Assembly (NCBI GenBank): GCA_032718475.1 | Contig: JAUCBJ010005938.1 | Span: forward strand, 1-48,838 | DNA: 48,838 nucleotides | From: Nemertoderma westbladi | Lineage: Eukaryota; Animalia; Xenacoelomorpha | Reading direction: 5' to 3' | Notes under the pieces: generated by a model | Database searches by the model: none | What the model was told of the DNA's origin: nothing | Seen by the model: only the letters and a program-made list of their open reading frames with translations | Part shown: piece after piece, positions 1-11,518 of the stretch | Numbering within the stretch: position 1 is the first letter of the stretch | Layout of the letters: every line of letters starts with the position of its first letter | Position numbers and translations under genes: made by a program

Positions 1-268
1 GCAACCAGCCAGCCACACTCCCACCACTACCACCCCGCAACCCAGCCTCACTCACACCCCTAGCACCCCGCAACCAGCCACACACCCACCCCTAGCACCC
101 CCCAACCCAGCGAAAGTCCCTCCTCTACCACCTCCCAACCCAGCCAAACACCCTCCTCTACCACCTCCCAACCCAGCCACACTCCCACCCCTAGCACACC
201 GCAACCCAGTCAAACTCCCACCCCTAGCTAGACTCATTCCTCTAGCACCTCCCATCCCTCCTGCCACA
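1..268. repeat. Degenerate C-rich minisatellite, about 33-bp unit (AACCCAGCCACACTCCCACCCCTAGCACACCGC-like), about 8 copies, cut by the window edge
   Basis: AAC(C)CAG recurs at about 39, 72, 104, 137, 170 and 203 (33-bp period). Confidence 0.85.
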
Positions 269-609
269 CTACAGCCTCACTCTGTTCACTGCCCTCTCCT
301 GTCCCACGACAGCTCCATCTATCCCCATTGTAAATAGAATATGACCATGCCTCACGCAGCGAATAGGGCAACCTGCCCCACAAGAAATGGGTTTAATAAT
401 GACTTGTTCCTTCGCCGGCTGAAAAATTATATCAGTGGCATTTTCATATACCAAGAACAGCAGCTGGGGGAGCAGTCATTCAGTTTCTTTTGAGTTGTGG
501 CGATCACGTCGATGGTATAAGTTAAGATAGTTGTTGTCGTTTGTTGTTGCGGTGGCTTTAAATCGGTGGCTTTAACTCCTGGAGCCACATAATGAATACC
601 GGAATGGCT

Positions 610-1926
610 TACTACTAGGATCGGCATGCTGCATTTTTAAGAATGCTGTGCCGGCTTGTCGACAAAATTGCGCCGCCACAACTCCCTATCACCCATGACA
701 TTTGCTAGATCATCCACATCTTCAAGGCCTGTGTCCTTGAATGCGTCTCAAAAAAGTCATGGGCTTTCCACCATGATTATTCACTCCAAATAGGCTGCCA
801 AAGCACAAGATTATGCACTGGCTGGTCCTCACTGCGAAAGCAATGCCCTCAAAGCGGAGGTGGCTTTGATCTAGTCTCAAGCTTGGGGGAACCAATGAGA
901 CACCTCCAATGTTATATGATAGTGTCTGGTTGGATATGTATGCATTGTACTTGACACAGTAAACCCGGCGTAGCTTTCTTGTAAATGTGCCATTCATAGA
1001 TTTGGTGTCCTCAGCAGTTAGAGCCCAGCATGGACTCCCATAGAGGAGTACTGGAACTACTGATGCTCTAAATAGTCGGACCTTAAGTTTCCGATTAATT
1101 CTGTGTGACTTCCAAATCCTGGAAAGCGTATTCAAGGCTGCCCATGCCTTTCCCTTACGTATTCGAAGGTCCTCCCTCACCTGACTTCCGGATCCATGAT
1201 CCCAGGTAACAGAAGTCGTCCACATGCTCAAGCATACCATCTTTTGAGCCTATGCTCATCCGATCAGAGACTTGCTGAGGACTTTCAAAGTTAAATGTCA
1301 AAATCGTAGTCTTTTTAGAGTTAACAAAAAGACCAACACTAGAAGCAGCCTGTTCAAATGTGCTGAGGAGCCGTTGGGCTCCCTCTAGTGATTCTGAGAT
1401 TACTCCTAAGTCATCAGCAAAGTCTAGATCAGTTAGGTACTTGGCAGGATTTCCTCGACTTCTGAAGCCAGTAGGTGGAGTTACCATCACCCCATCATCA
1501 TTATGATGATCTAAGGACATGTGTAGAACATAGTCAACCATAATTATTATGAACAAGAATGGCGCAAGTGTGTCTCCCTGGAGGACGCCCCATACAGTAA
1601 CACTTCAAAAAACAAATGGTTCTGTGTCACCGTCAACAGTAGACACAAATGTTGTCGAACCATCGTATACTGATCTGATTGCTGCAATAATTTCATCAGG
1701 AATCCCATATAATGAAAGTATGCTGAACATACGTGAGCGAGAGACTGAATCAAAGGCCTTGTAGAAGTCAACAAAGATCAACAGCCAGATGCCTGTCTTT
1801 CTTTTTTGATAACTCTTCAATTATCCTTCTAAGTGCCAAAATGGGTTCCATGGTCCCACGACCTTTACGGAACCCATTCTGATTTCCAAGGAGCAGTCTC
1901 TCAATGGGATCCCTGATGCGATTTAA
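610..1926 (-). mobile_element. 5'-truncated, frameshifted RTE-like LINE (family A, copy 1): RT domain and C-terminal region
   Basis: Fragmented ORFs give NQNGFR, FVDFYKAFDSV, GVLQGDTLAPFLF, LDFADD, YLGS and LLYGSPCW. It ends in a short (TAG)n tail and is closely similar to 6836-7832. Confidence 0.93.
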
Positions 1927-3174
1927 GGGGGGAGGGCGGTCTGTCCGTCAAATTTTAAGAAAGACAGAAAACCGACAGACAGACTAGATTCCACCAAACA
2001 TTAAAACTGACATCGGAAATAAAATTAGCGACCCCGAAAACACCCGTAAATTTGGTGTGCATTCTTCGTACCAGAAATAATTAACCAACCAGAAAACAGA
2101 CCGCCAATTTTGGCAAAGGTTTACATTTTGAAGGGCATTTTCTCGGAATTACATTTTTCATTTTCAAATTACTACTCCTCCGTCATTTTCAACCAATTTT
2201 CTTCGTTTTCGGCTCATTCAAACGAGCGTTGGAAGCTCTTTAAAAGTTATGTAATGGAATTTTGATAAATATTACCATTTTTTGTAATTAAGCAATTAAA
2301 AATATGATATTTAATTAATTGAATTAATTAATTAAAATAAAAATGGCTAATTAAAAATTCTATAAGATAACTTTTGTAGAGTCGATGACGTTAAGTCCAA
2401 AAAGTTGGTTCCAAGAAATTTGGACCAAGATTGAGGGACTAGTAGCAATTTTAGTGAAATCTTTAATTCCGCCGCCAGCCGCTAGGGTGTGGTTATAAAT
2501 TTTCAAATGTTCCTACAGAGGCTATTTGGACTTTCATACAGTGCACTGCAGTGGTTGGCCATAAAAATTTTTGCTGCATACGCTAACTGCATAGCGAAAT
2601 CTTATATTTTTATCAGAAAATCATTCAATTTCCGTGAGTTGTAGTGGCCATATATATATTAGGGGTCATCGAACCCGAATTGACGGGAACTGAACCTATT
2701 TAGTTTAGCTATACTGATATAACCGCCACTAGCAGACTGACCACTTAACCAGTACTGCAGTATCTGACAGTCGTATATACTTTCCACATTCTGCATGGCG
2801 GTATTGTTTAGGCCTACCTATGTAAATATTATTATTTGGAAGTTGAGAGACTGCGCTCTCTACAGCGTATGATAATTATGCCTAACTCATGTTGTATACC
2901 ACCGTGAACCTTTTTTATATGTTGCCTAGCAGCATTTATGGTAGTGCTGGGCTCCCATTGGTAACTACCGGTAAAGGTATTCTTATTCCCTATTGGCTGT
3001 TCTATTTTGCAGTGTTGCTTGTTTATATAGTCGATGTTCATCCCATTACTCTCAGGCGTAACCTAACAACATATTAGCCTGTTGCGAGTCATGTAACTTG
3101 CAGGACTCGTAGTATTTCACCTTGTTGTATTGCATTATTATTAATAACTATTATTGCTTTGCTATTGTTGATGA

Positions 3175-3406
3175 GGCGGGGTAGCTCATTTGGTTGAGCG
3201 CCGGGCCTGCAATCTATTGGTTGTAGGTTCAGCCCCGCCAGGGTCCACTCAGCCTTTCATCCACTGGGGTCGATAAAATGAGTACCAGTTAAATAACTGG
3301 GAGAAAATCATGGGATAGGATTAGCGCCCACCCCTACCCTCGGGTAGCTAGCTATCGAAAGAGGAGCCTTCGGGTCGCCTCCGGCTTCGGCCGACTGTTT
3401 GCTTTG
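3175..3406 (+). mobile_element. tRNA-derived SINE (family S1), full length with 11-bp TSD
   Basis: A-box TAGCTCATTTGG, B-box-like GGTTCAGCC and central ACTCAGCCTTTCATCC...GTCGATAAAATGAGTACCAG. ATTGTTGATGA flanks it at 3164-3174 and 3407-3417. A second copy starts at 4900. Confidence 0.9.
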
Positions 3407-3689
3407 ATTGTTGATGAATATACGAGACCAAAGATCAAACCAACTCGATTTCCACACGGTTAGGCTGACTGCGCCCTGTCTGTAATAGATTCGGTCCATT
3501 TTAGTGCGAGTGTGTGCGTACATAGTACTGCAATATTATTCCCCAACTGGTAAATATCATCTACTAACACTGCATGCAGCACGAGTGAACTGTGCGCTTA
3601 CTCCGCACTAAGCCAAACATAGTGTCCTACCTGTAATATATGTAAGTCGCACGTACATTTACTCGCCAACAACACAATATAACGGAACA

Positions 3690-3944
3690 AAAGTAAAGTA
3701 AAGTTTCTTCCGCCGCTAGGCCAGGATTACGCACAAATTCTGACGACTTATTTCCAGTGCGGTCCCCCCAGAAGAAACTCCAGTACAACTCATTTAGCTA
3801 CCACTTAAGGATGCAAAAAGCAGAGATGCGCCCTGGCTGTTCCCTTTAAAGTGCCGAAACGAAAACTGCTCTGGCCCATGTGAGGATCGAACCCACGACC
3901 TACGGGAGATGTGAATTCAATGCAACCACTACACCAAGGTGGAA
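3690..3944 (-). mobile_element. tRNA-derived SINE (family S2) with (CTTTA)n-like tail
   Basis: Minus strand carries A-box TGGTGTAGTGG and B-box GGTTCGATCC, followed by a non-tRNA body. The tail appears as AAGTAAAGTAAAG on the plus strand. Confidence 0.75.
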
Positions 3945-4004
3945 CCATGACCTACTATAGATAAAATCTATATATAGCTATAGATATCTATAAGTAGGTC
4001 ATGG
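3945..4004. mobile_element. 60-bp micro-MITE or foldback insertion
   Basis: Terminal inverted repeat (TIR) CCATGACCTACT...AGTAGGTCATGG, flanked by direct TGGAA at 3940-3944 and 4005-4009. Confidence 0.75.
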
Positions 4005-4661
4005 TGGAACCTTAGCAAAACGCTTTTGAATAGAGTAATTGGTTTACACGCTTTTTTAAACCATTTAAACCTATAATATGAACAGCACACAATCAGTCAA
4101 GTACACGAAAACGGAGTCAGAAATTGCCTATTTTATAAATTATTACGTTCGAATCTTTTTATTTTATTAAATTTCATTGAGTAGAAGAGTTCTAAATATT
4201 GACCACTGAATCTTAATGGACCATTTGATCACTTTTTTTTGTATATGCGCCCATACTATTTGAATAATTCAGGTTCATGAACCCACGCAATAATTTATCT
4301 ACATTATTTTTAAATTGAAAAAGAGATATTTCGAACTTTCGACCATTTAGTGGGCTAAGTCAGAATTATTATTTTTCTTGACTGAACTATCGTTGCACCA
4401 AGGGGAGGGGGGGGTCAGACGGGGCGCCGACTTACCTTTTTGGGTAACTAAATTAACTCCCATTTAATCAGTGATTTTATTTGTTGATTTGGAGAGCGTT
4501 GTTGGCAAGAAATTAATAATTACTGAACCGGTTTTCCATATCAAATAATTTTAATATCAAATATATTTATTCAATTTAAGTAATGTACCACCGTACCACC
4601 GCAGTTAACATTGGCTCGAGGAAAACTATGAAACGAGAGCCTGAAGTGAAATTTCCGGTCT

Positions 4662-4831
4662 TTTATTAAGCCCTCTGGCCTTTTAAAGCCCTTCCGGCCA
4701 TTTATAAGCCCTTCCGTCCATGTAAAAGCCTGGTCCTTTAGAAGCCCTTCCGGCCCACTATAAGGATAAGCCCCCTGCCACTAAATAAGCCCTTCCGACC
4801 ATTTATAAACCCAATGGGCCATTTAGAAGGG
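4662..4831. repeat. Degenerate tandem repeat, about 20 bp (AAGCCCTTCCGGCCATTTAT-like), about 8 copies
   Basis: AAGCC(C) core recurs about every 20 bp. Confidence 0.75.
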
Positions 4832-4899
4832 TAAATTTGTAATGATAGCCTTTACTGTTTTGGTTAGAGAACCTCCTCTGTAAAACTCTTCCCTTAACA

Positions 4900-5115
4900 G
4901 TAGCTCAGATGGTTGAGCGCCGGGCCTTGAAATCTATTGGTTATAGGTTCGAGCCTCGCCTGTATCCTCTCAGCCTTTCATCCCATGGAGTCGATAAATA
5001 GATTTGGACCAGTTGAATTACTGGGAGCAAAGAATTGGGATAGGACTAGTAAGTGCCCACCCCACCTTCGGGTCGCCTCCGGCCTCGGCCGACTGTTTGC
5101 TTTGGTTGCTTGCTT
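4900..5115 (+). mobile_element. SINE family S1, copy 2 (internal deletion)
   Basis: Aligns by eye with 3175-3406 and has B-box GGTTCGAGCC. Confidence 0.88.
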
Positions 5116-5893
5116 GTCAGTTTAAATCAATAAATATGTCCCAGTTCGATTTTTTAAAAATGTGTAATTTTGTCTCAATTTTGCCACTTTAAGTGAAAAA
5201 TGTAGCATTGTCGTTTAAAAACGCACCATGTTTTTATTTCAAGTCAATTTAAAACTACTTTTTATGCGAGATTAGCAAAGTACTCCATTACGTAATAACG
5301 ATATATTATTAGTAACTAACTATGCACAATTTCATTATTATTATTATAATGGGGATCAAAAGTGGCATACTCTGAGGCCACATTCACGCAACCAAGTAAA
5401 AATAACATTTTGAATTGAAAAATATGCAGTTTTATAATAAGCCAGAATCGTCCAATTTCAATACAGAATGCTAAAAAATAATTAAATCAAACCACTAAAA
5501 TACACAAATTGTGAATGACATTGCAATAAACATTATATATTATGAGGGAAAAAAGTGTTTAATATTAGGTACCAGCTACAGGAACATTTGCAGCATTCCA
5601 GTTAACGTGAGGAAAGCAGGAATATATATCTCGTAGATAAAGTTATTGCAAAATTATATATACATGATTTATTGAAATTGTGTACAATACATCATCGGAA
5701 TTAACAATCATTGTGAGATTTCATTAAATTAGTTAACAAATTAAATAAATAAAAAATTATTTATCAGATCAATTGCAGCACTACCTAGAATACAATTAAA
5801 TACATAATGTTGTGTACACAATACCAAACCAAAGTACTGTGTTATTAAAAGGAGTGAAAAAAACCACAAGCGACAGCAGACAACCGAAACCAC

Positions 5894-6280
5894 GCCCATG
5901 TGTAGAATACAAGGTTATCACTTTTCGGTCGAAATTCTATGGCAAGTTCCAGATTGGGGGGGGGGGGGGGGGGGGGGGGGGTGGAAACTGGACGCAATAA
6001 AATTTCAGTCCTATCCAGGGGAAATCGGACGCATATAAATAACAGTTAATTACTCTCAAAAATACACCAGGAATTTGTACTTTATTTTAATGCCTCCTTA
6101 TTAAGTGCTATATAGCGCTTATTTATATATGTGCAAAAAGCTACTAATTCGTTTATTGTTTTGGTTAGATTCAGCCCTTCTGTATCCTAAGTTTTTAGTG
6201 AAAACCTGGTATTCTTCACATTGGGGTAAACTGCAAACTGAAATATAACAGCAGAAAGTCTGGTATACTTCACCCTGGGT
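5894..6280. mobile_element. MITE family M1 (TIR GCCCATGTGAAGAATACCAG), degenerate copy containing a second repeat
   Basis: Ends match 36029-36514. The internal segment 5980-6040 matches the reverse complement of about 32900-32965. Confidence 0.75.
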
Positions 6281-6835
6281 CGCTGGGTCGCGATTTTTCC
6301 TTTATTTATTGTAAAACTTTACCACTGTGTAGTATGTGGACTGTGTTTTGGAGAAATGTATGGAATAGGCCGGTAGGTATGTAGGTATTTATGCCTAGGT
6401 AGGTAGGAGCATTGTAATATGCGTATGAGGTACAGTTGTTGTTCTATGAGGTATTTCGAATGAACCAATATATTTTGTTACATTACGTCAACTAATCATC
6501 GTTCTGGTGTTACTCTCGTAACGTAGCAACGTACCACTCTACAGTGTTACGGCCTATAGTACGGGGAGTCAATGGTGCAAAGTGATCGCAAACACCAAAT
6601 GTGTGTTTAGTGGGAATTAATTTTAAAAATTAATTAAATTTAATTTAAAACATTAAGGGAAAGGAACTGGTTACAGTGGTGGTGTTTTCTAACCAAAACA
6701 GTAAATTTGCGCTGAAGATCACAATATTCACTTGCGGTCAACGTGCGCCACTATCTGAGTACGGGTGGCTGAAAAGTAATCACTAACTTAGTAACAATAC
6801 CGGCCTACATCTGGAACCCATCTTTGAGTGCTCTA

Positions 6836-7832
6836 TACTACTAGTATCGGCATGCTGCATTGCAGCTGCATTTTTAAGAATGCTGTGCCGGCTTGTCGAC
6901 AAAATTGCGCCGCCACAATTCCCTATCACCCATGACATTTGCTAGATCATCCGCATCTTCAAGGCCAGTGTCCTTTAAGATGCGTCTCAAGAAAGTCATG
7001 GGCTGTCCACAATGCTTATTCACTCCATGAGGCTGCCAAAGTACAAGATTATGCACTGGCTGGTCCTCACGGCGAAAGCAATGTCCTGCAAAGCGGAGGC
7101 GATTTTGTTCTAGTGTCAAGCTTGGGGAACCAATGAGACACCTCCAATGTTATATAGTGTCTGGTTGGAGATGTGTGCATTGTACTTGACACAATGAACC
7201 CGGCGTAGCATTCTTGTGAATGTGCCATCCAGAGATTTGGTGTCCTCAGCAGTAAGAGCCCAGCATGGACTCCCATAGAGGAGTACTGGAACTACTGCTG
7301 CTCTAAATAATCGGACCTTAAGTTTCCGATTAATTCTCGGTGACTTCCAAATCCTGGAAAGCCTATTCAAGGCTGCCCATGCCTTTCCCTTTACGTATTC
7401 GAAGGTCCTCACCTGACTTCCGGATCCATGATCCCAGGTAACAGAAGTCGTCCACATGCTCAAGCATACCATCCTTTGAGCTTATGCTCATCCGATCAGA
7501 GACTTGCTGAGAACTTTCAAAGTTAACTGTCAAAATTTTGGTCTTTCTGGAGTTAATAAAAAGACCAACACTAGAAGCAGCATGTTCTAATGAGCTGAGG
7601 AGCCGTTGGGCTCCCTCTAGTGATTCTGAGAGTACTCCTAAGTCATCAGCAAAGTCTAGATCAGTTAGGTACTTGGCAGGATTTCCTCGACTTCTGGAGC
7701 CAGTAGGTGGAGTTATCATCACCCCATTATCATTATGATGATCTAAGGACATGCGTAGAACATAGTCAACCACAATTATGAACAAAAATGGTGCATGGAT
7801 CAAGAATGATGTGTCTCCCTGGAGGACGCCCC
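6836..7832 (-). mobile_element. 5'-truncated, frameshifted RTE-like LINE (family A, copy 2)
   Basis: LDFADD, YLGS, LLYGSPCW and RLRFAGHCFR motifs. Same 3' end and short (TAG)n tail as copy 1. Confidence 0.93.
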
Positions 7833-8838
7833 GTTGTATTCTCCGTTGTTCTTTAATGGACGCTAGCCATTGTATGCTAATTTGTAAGATTGTTTAAACC
7901 ATATAGTTGTTGTAGTAACTGCAATTATGGTCTTAAACGGATTTGAATATCAATAATATTTTTTAGCATTACTTTACGAAAACTGATAATTAAGTATTCA
8001 GAACGCCGAGAATTTGACATAATGTAACAAAATTACGTGCATCGTTGTAAAAGGGCCCTCCCTATTCAGCGCCAACGTTTATTTATGTAAAGCTCCCTCG
8101 TTGCGCTCGTACAATTAATTGTATTAATCATACAATAATTAATTTAAGTGATATTTATAAAAGTGATAAAACATATATGTTTTAATTGCAATTGAAAGTT
8201 GTGAAACATCATCAGCTCACATCTTACAGTAAGAATTACAAGTAGACTAATAGAGTCAAGCGTTTAGAATCCTATTCTAGCGATAAGTCACACCAGACCG
8301 TTAGTGGGGACTCCGCTCATTAAGTGAAGCAAATCGCGGAGCTACACTAGTAACACTACCATTGAATTTCTTCATCAATAAGTTCTTTATTATTATTAAA
8401 CAATACCCTTTAAAAGAGGCAACAAACACCCTGACTAACCGCCCCACCGTCAGACAGACAGACAGACAGACATACAATACACCATTGATATGTTAATTAT
8501 AAACCTAAAGCATCGTTCACAAAGTGGCTCGCCCCAGAAACAAAATGAGGATCATTAAATATATATAAATTACTTCAGAGGACATGAAAAGTGGCACTAA
8601 AAAATTATAGTTTATAATATAATTCAAAATTTAAATTACGTTAACATTATTAAGAAGACAACTTTATTAACATTACTAATATTATTATACTAAAACACCA
8701 GTAACCATGGTGACTATAACGAACAAACATTGATATCATATTACCATGGCGACGTCGTATAAGGTAATACCGGTAATGTTTGCCATTGTAGGTTAATTAA
8801 TATTTAAAAACCAAATTTATTTATTAAAGACCCAAAAA

Positions 8839-11518
8839 CTATAGCAATGAGTCACTTTGACCCTCCACAACCACTTCCGGTATGGTATCGTCAACAAATT
8901 CCTTTTTTTTGTTTTCCAAACGATTCTCTTCCAGACCGGTGGATATGGTTCTCCTTCTCATGTTAAACTTCCCCCCTCTCCCCGGCGCCCCTCCTGGGTT
9001 GTTCAAAGATGATCTCAGATTCTTCCATATCTGCGTGTCAGACATCTCCTTGGAGATGTTGACCTCATTCTTTTTGCTGCTGATTGCGATCTGATTGGCT
9101 GGGATCGCCAGTGTCTCTCCGGACATCAGTGGAATCTTCACGGTGCCGCCCTGTATATCGAAGTACTGCGTGCTAAGCCTCTTCAGCCCTTCTTCTTTCT
9201 CGCGTTTGTGCGCTTCTGGCATGACGTCATCCAGACACTTTAAGTCGTGCTGCGAGAACACCCAATCCAAGCCTTTCCTCACGAAACACATGGCCAACAC
9301 CATGAGAGGGAAAGCTATTGATATGGCGTCGACCTTCTTAATAGTCCAGAGAACAGCCAAACACAAAAGCTGTATGAAGGTAAATAGATGGGCCCTCCGG
9401 AGTGGCACATGGCGGAGGTAGGCATAATCCGGTTGGTACTTAGCCGGCATAAATATGATCAGGATCCTTTGAATTAACTCAATCCCGCTCAAAGAAGACA
9501 CCCCCATATAGAGGAATACGCCATATAATATAGGCATTGGGATGTTCTTAAGGACGCTGGTTAAAGGAACTGAAATTCCAACCATGAGGAACACGATGAC
9601 TCCCGTGACTCTCTGCTCCCGAACTCCAAGGAACTTTGGACGTTCACCCGGGGCCGAGGTCTTCGAGATTTTACCGAGACTCTTGACGTGGTTGATGGAT
9701 AGCACAGTGGCGGCGACGAACCAAGGCAATCCGAGGACGGAACAGACCCCGATCTGTATCGCGATGACAAACAGGTCGAGATGGTAGCCACTGCCCTTGA
9801 GTAACTTGTTCTCGCGACGGTTAACGATTACGGCTGTGATTTGTTGATCCATGAAGACGAGGATGGTGGCGAGCAAGGCGGGGATCGCAGCCGCGAATGA
9901 TAACCACCAATCGTTTACGAACGGGTTAATCAACCAACCGCGGGTTTCCGCGCTCGTCGGTTGAAACTCATCGGGGACCTCGAGTTTCGGTGTCGCTATA
10001 CCCATGAAGTAATCGAGAAGCAGCATACAAACGATAGCTATCATAACGGCAAAATCGGAAATTAGAGATCGGATAGCGTTGGGAAGGAAAGGAGAATTGC
10101 GAAATATTCGTAGGGAATACGACAAACAAAAGGTTCCGGCGAATAAAATGCAAGAAAAGAAGAATACATCTGGAACGTAATGAGCACCATGGCAACCTTT
10201 ACCTGCTAGAATAGCACCTTTATACTCCTCACAAGCCGCTTCCGATAAATCGCCGTAAGAAACACCCATCGGCAAACTTTTGTTACCTTCGGTAACGTTG
10301 GCCCCGTTGTCTATCAACGCCGGCACGTTGGCTTTGTCGTAGCACGCACACGCGTATTCCCCGGTTGAGTCGATCTTGTAATGGGCGTGCTCGCCGTCAG
10401 CAATGTGTAAGAGTTTCGTAAAGGCTTCAACAATAAATATCAATGCGATGAGACAGGCGAAGCATTCCTCGGTGAACCGAGTGATATAGCGAACCAGCGC
10501 GGAAAGATCGAAGGCAACCATGATCATAAGGATGAGACAAACCCAGAGGCCAATCCAAAACCGAAAACTCAAATAGTCTATTTTGTATGTGTCTGTGAAA
10601 TTATAAACAATAGTCTCGAATACCAACACTGGTCCCGTGCTACCAATTATGGTCATTGGTTGGCCCGAGAACAGATGATATGTGATGCCGCAAATAGCCC
10701 CGGCAAAAAGGGATTCAATTGCCGCCATGTTTTTGTTTGTAGCAGAGCTAAGTAATCCGCCGAATGTAATAATAGGGGTGAGACAGGCGAAATACATAAA
10801 GAATACAGAAGCGATGCATTGGAGACTTAGAGCATCTTTTAAATCACTCAGATAAAATGGCGCTTTCCTTTTAACATCGGCAATGAGGCCACCAAACAGA
10901 CGACCAGTACGTACGAGAGTTGGATCGCCGTGTTCCTCTACCTCACCCTCCTCTTCATCTTTACTCGCTCCGGGTTTCGGTGGGGTTCGTCTGCCCTTCT
11001 CCTTGAGCGAGGGAACGGATTTGGGCGGCTCGATGCGGATCGTGGGGTCCCATTCCCCCGGGGGCAGCACCATGACCGCATCGAGAAACTCGTCGACCCC
11101 GGCGAGGATGTCGGCGCGCTTCTTGGCCTTGTAGGCGACGTCGTGGAAGACCTCGTCCGACATGATGGTCGCCATGGAACGACCGACCTCGTGGTACGCC
11201 TCCTGGTTGCCAAGGGGGCCGAGGAGGACGAACAGGAACCGAGTAGGTACCGGAACCTCTGTGAACCGACTAAGTAGAACCGCCTTATTGAGACGGACGA
11301 AGGACATTACCGGGGAGGTTAAGAAGTCGACCTCCCCGATGAGGATGTTGGACGCCTCGGCTCCGGGAGGGATCTTCTTGAGGAAGTGCTCGTTGAACTT
11401 GGGAGGTTTATCTCCTGCACCAAATTCTTCTACTTCAGGGAACGAGCAACTCTTTCCTGATCCCAGCGTTCCCACGCTGTCCTGGGCGTTAGCCGGTAAG
11501 GAAACAACACTCGCCTTC
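8839..11518 (-). CDS. SLC4: SLC4 terminal exon (2680 nt): second half of the cytoplasmic domain, entire transmembrane domain and C-terminal tail ending DSLL
   Basis: The 878-aa ORF extends in frame to the acceptor TCTATTTGTAG| at 11519-11520. Stop codon TAG at 8839-8841. AATAAA on the minus strand at about 8816-8825. Confidence 0.96.

Noticed and set aside
52-267. Gly/Arg-rich 71-aa protein
   Set aside because: Translation of a 33-bp minisatellite.
1927-2690. Helentron/Kolobok-like element
   Set aside because: Looks like interspersed repeat (ACAG microsatellite, GCGACCCCGAAAA), but ends and TSD could not be defined.
3175-3250. tRNA genes (also about 3870-3944, 4900-4960 and 45520-45599)
   Set aside because: A and B boxes are present, but no convincing cloverleaf is visible and each continues into a SINE body.
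8839-11475. Stand-alone 878-aa intronless gene starting at GTG
   Set aside because: The frame continues to a splice acceptor at 11519, and the missing N-terminal SLC4 motifs are found in upstream exons.
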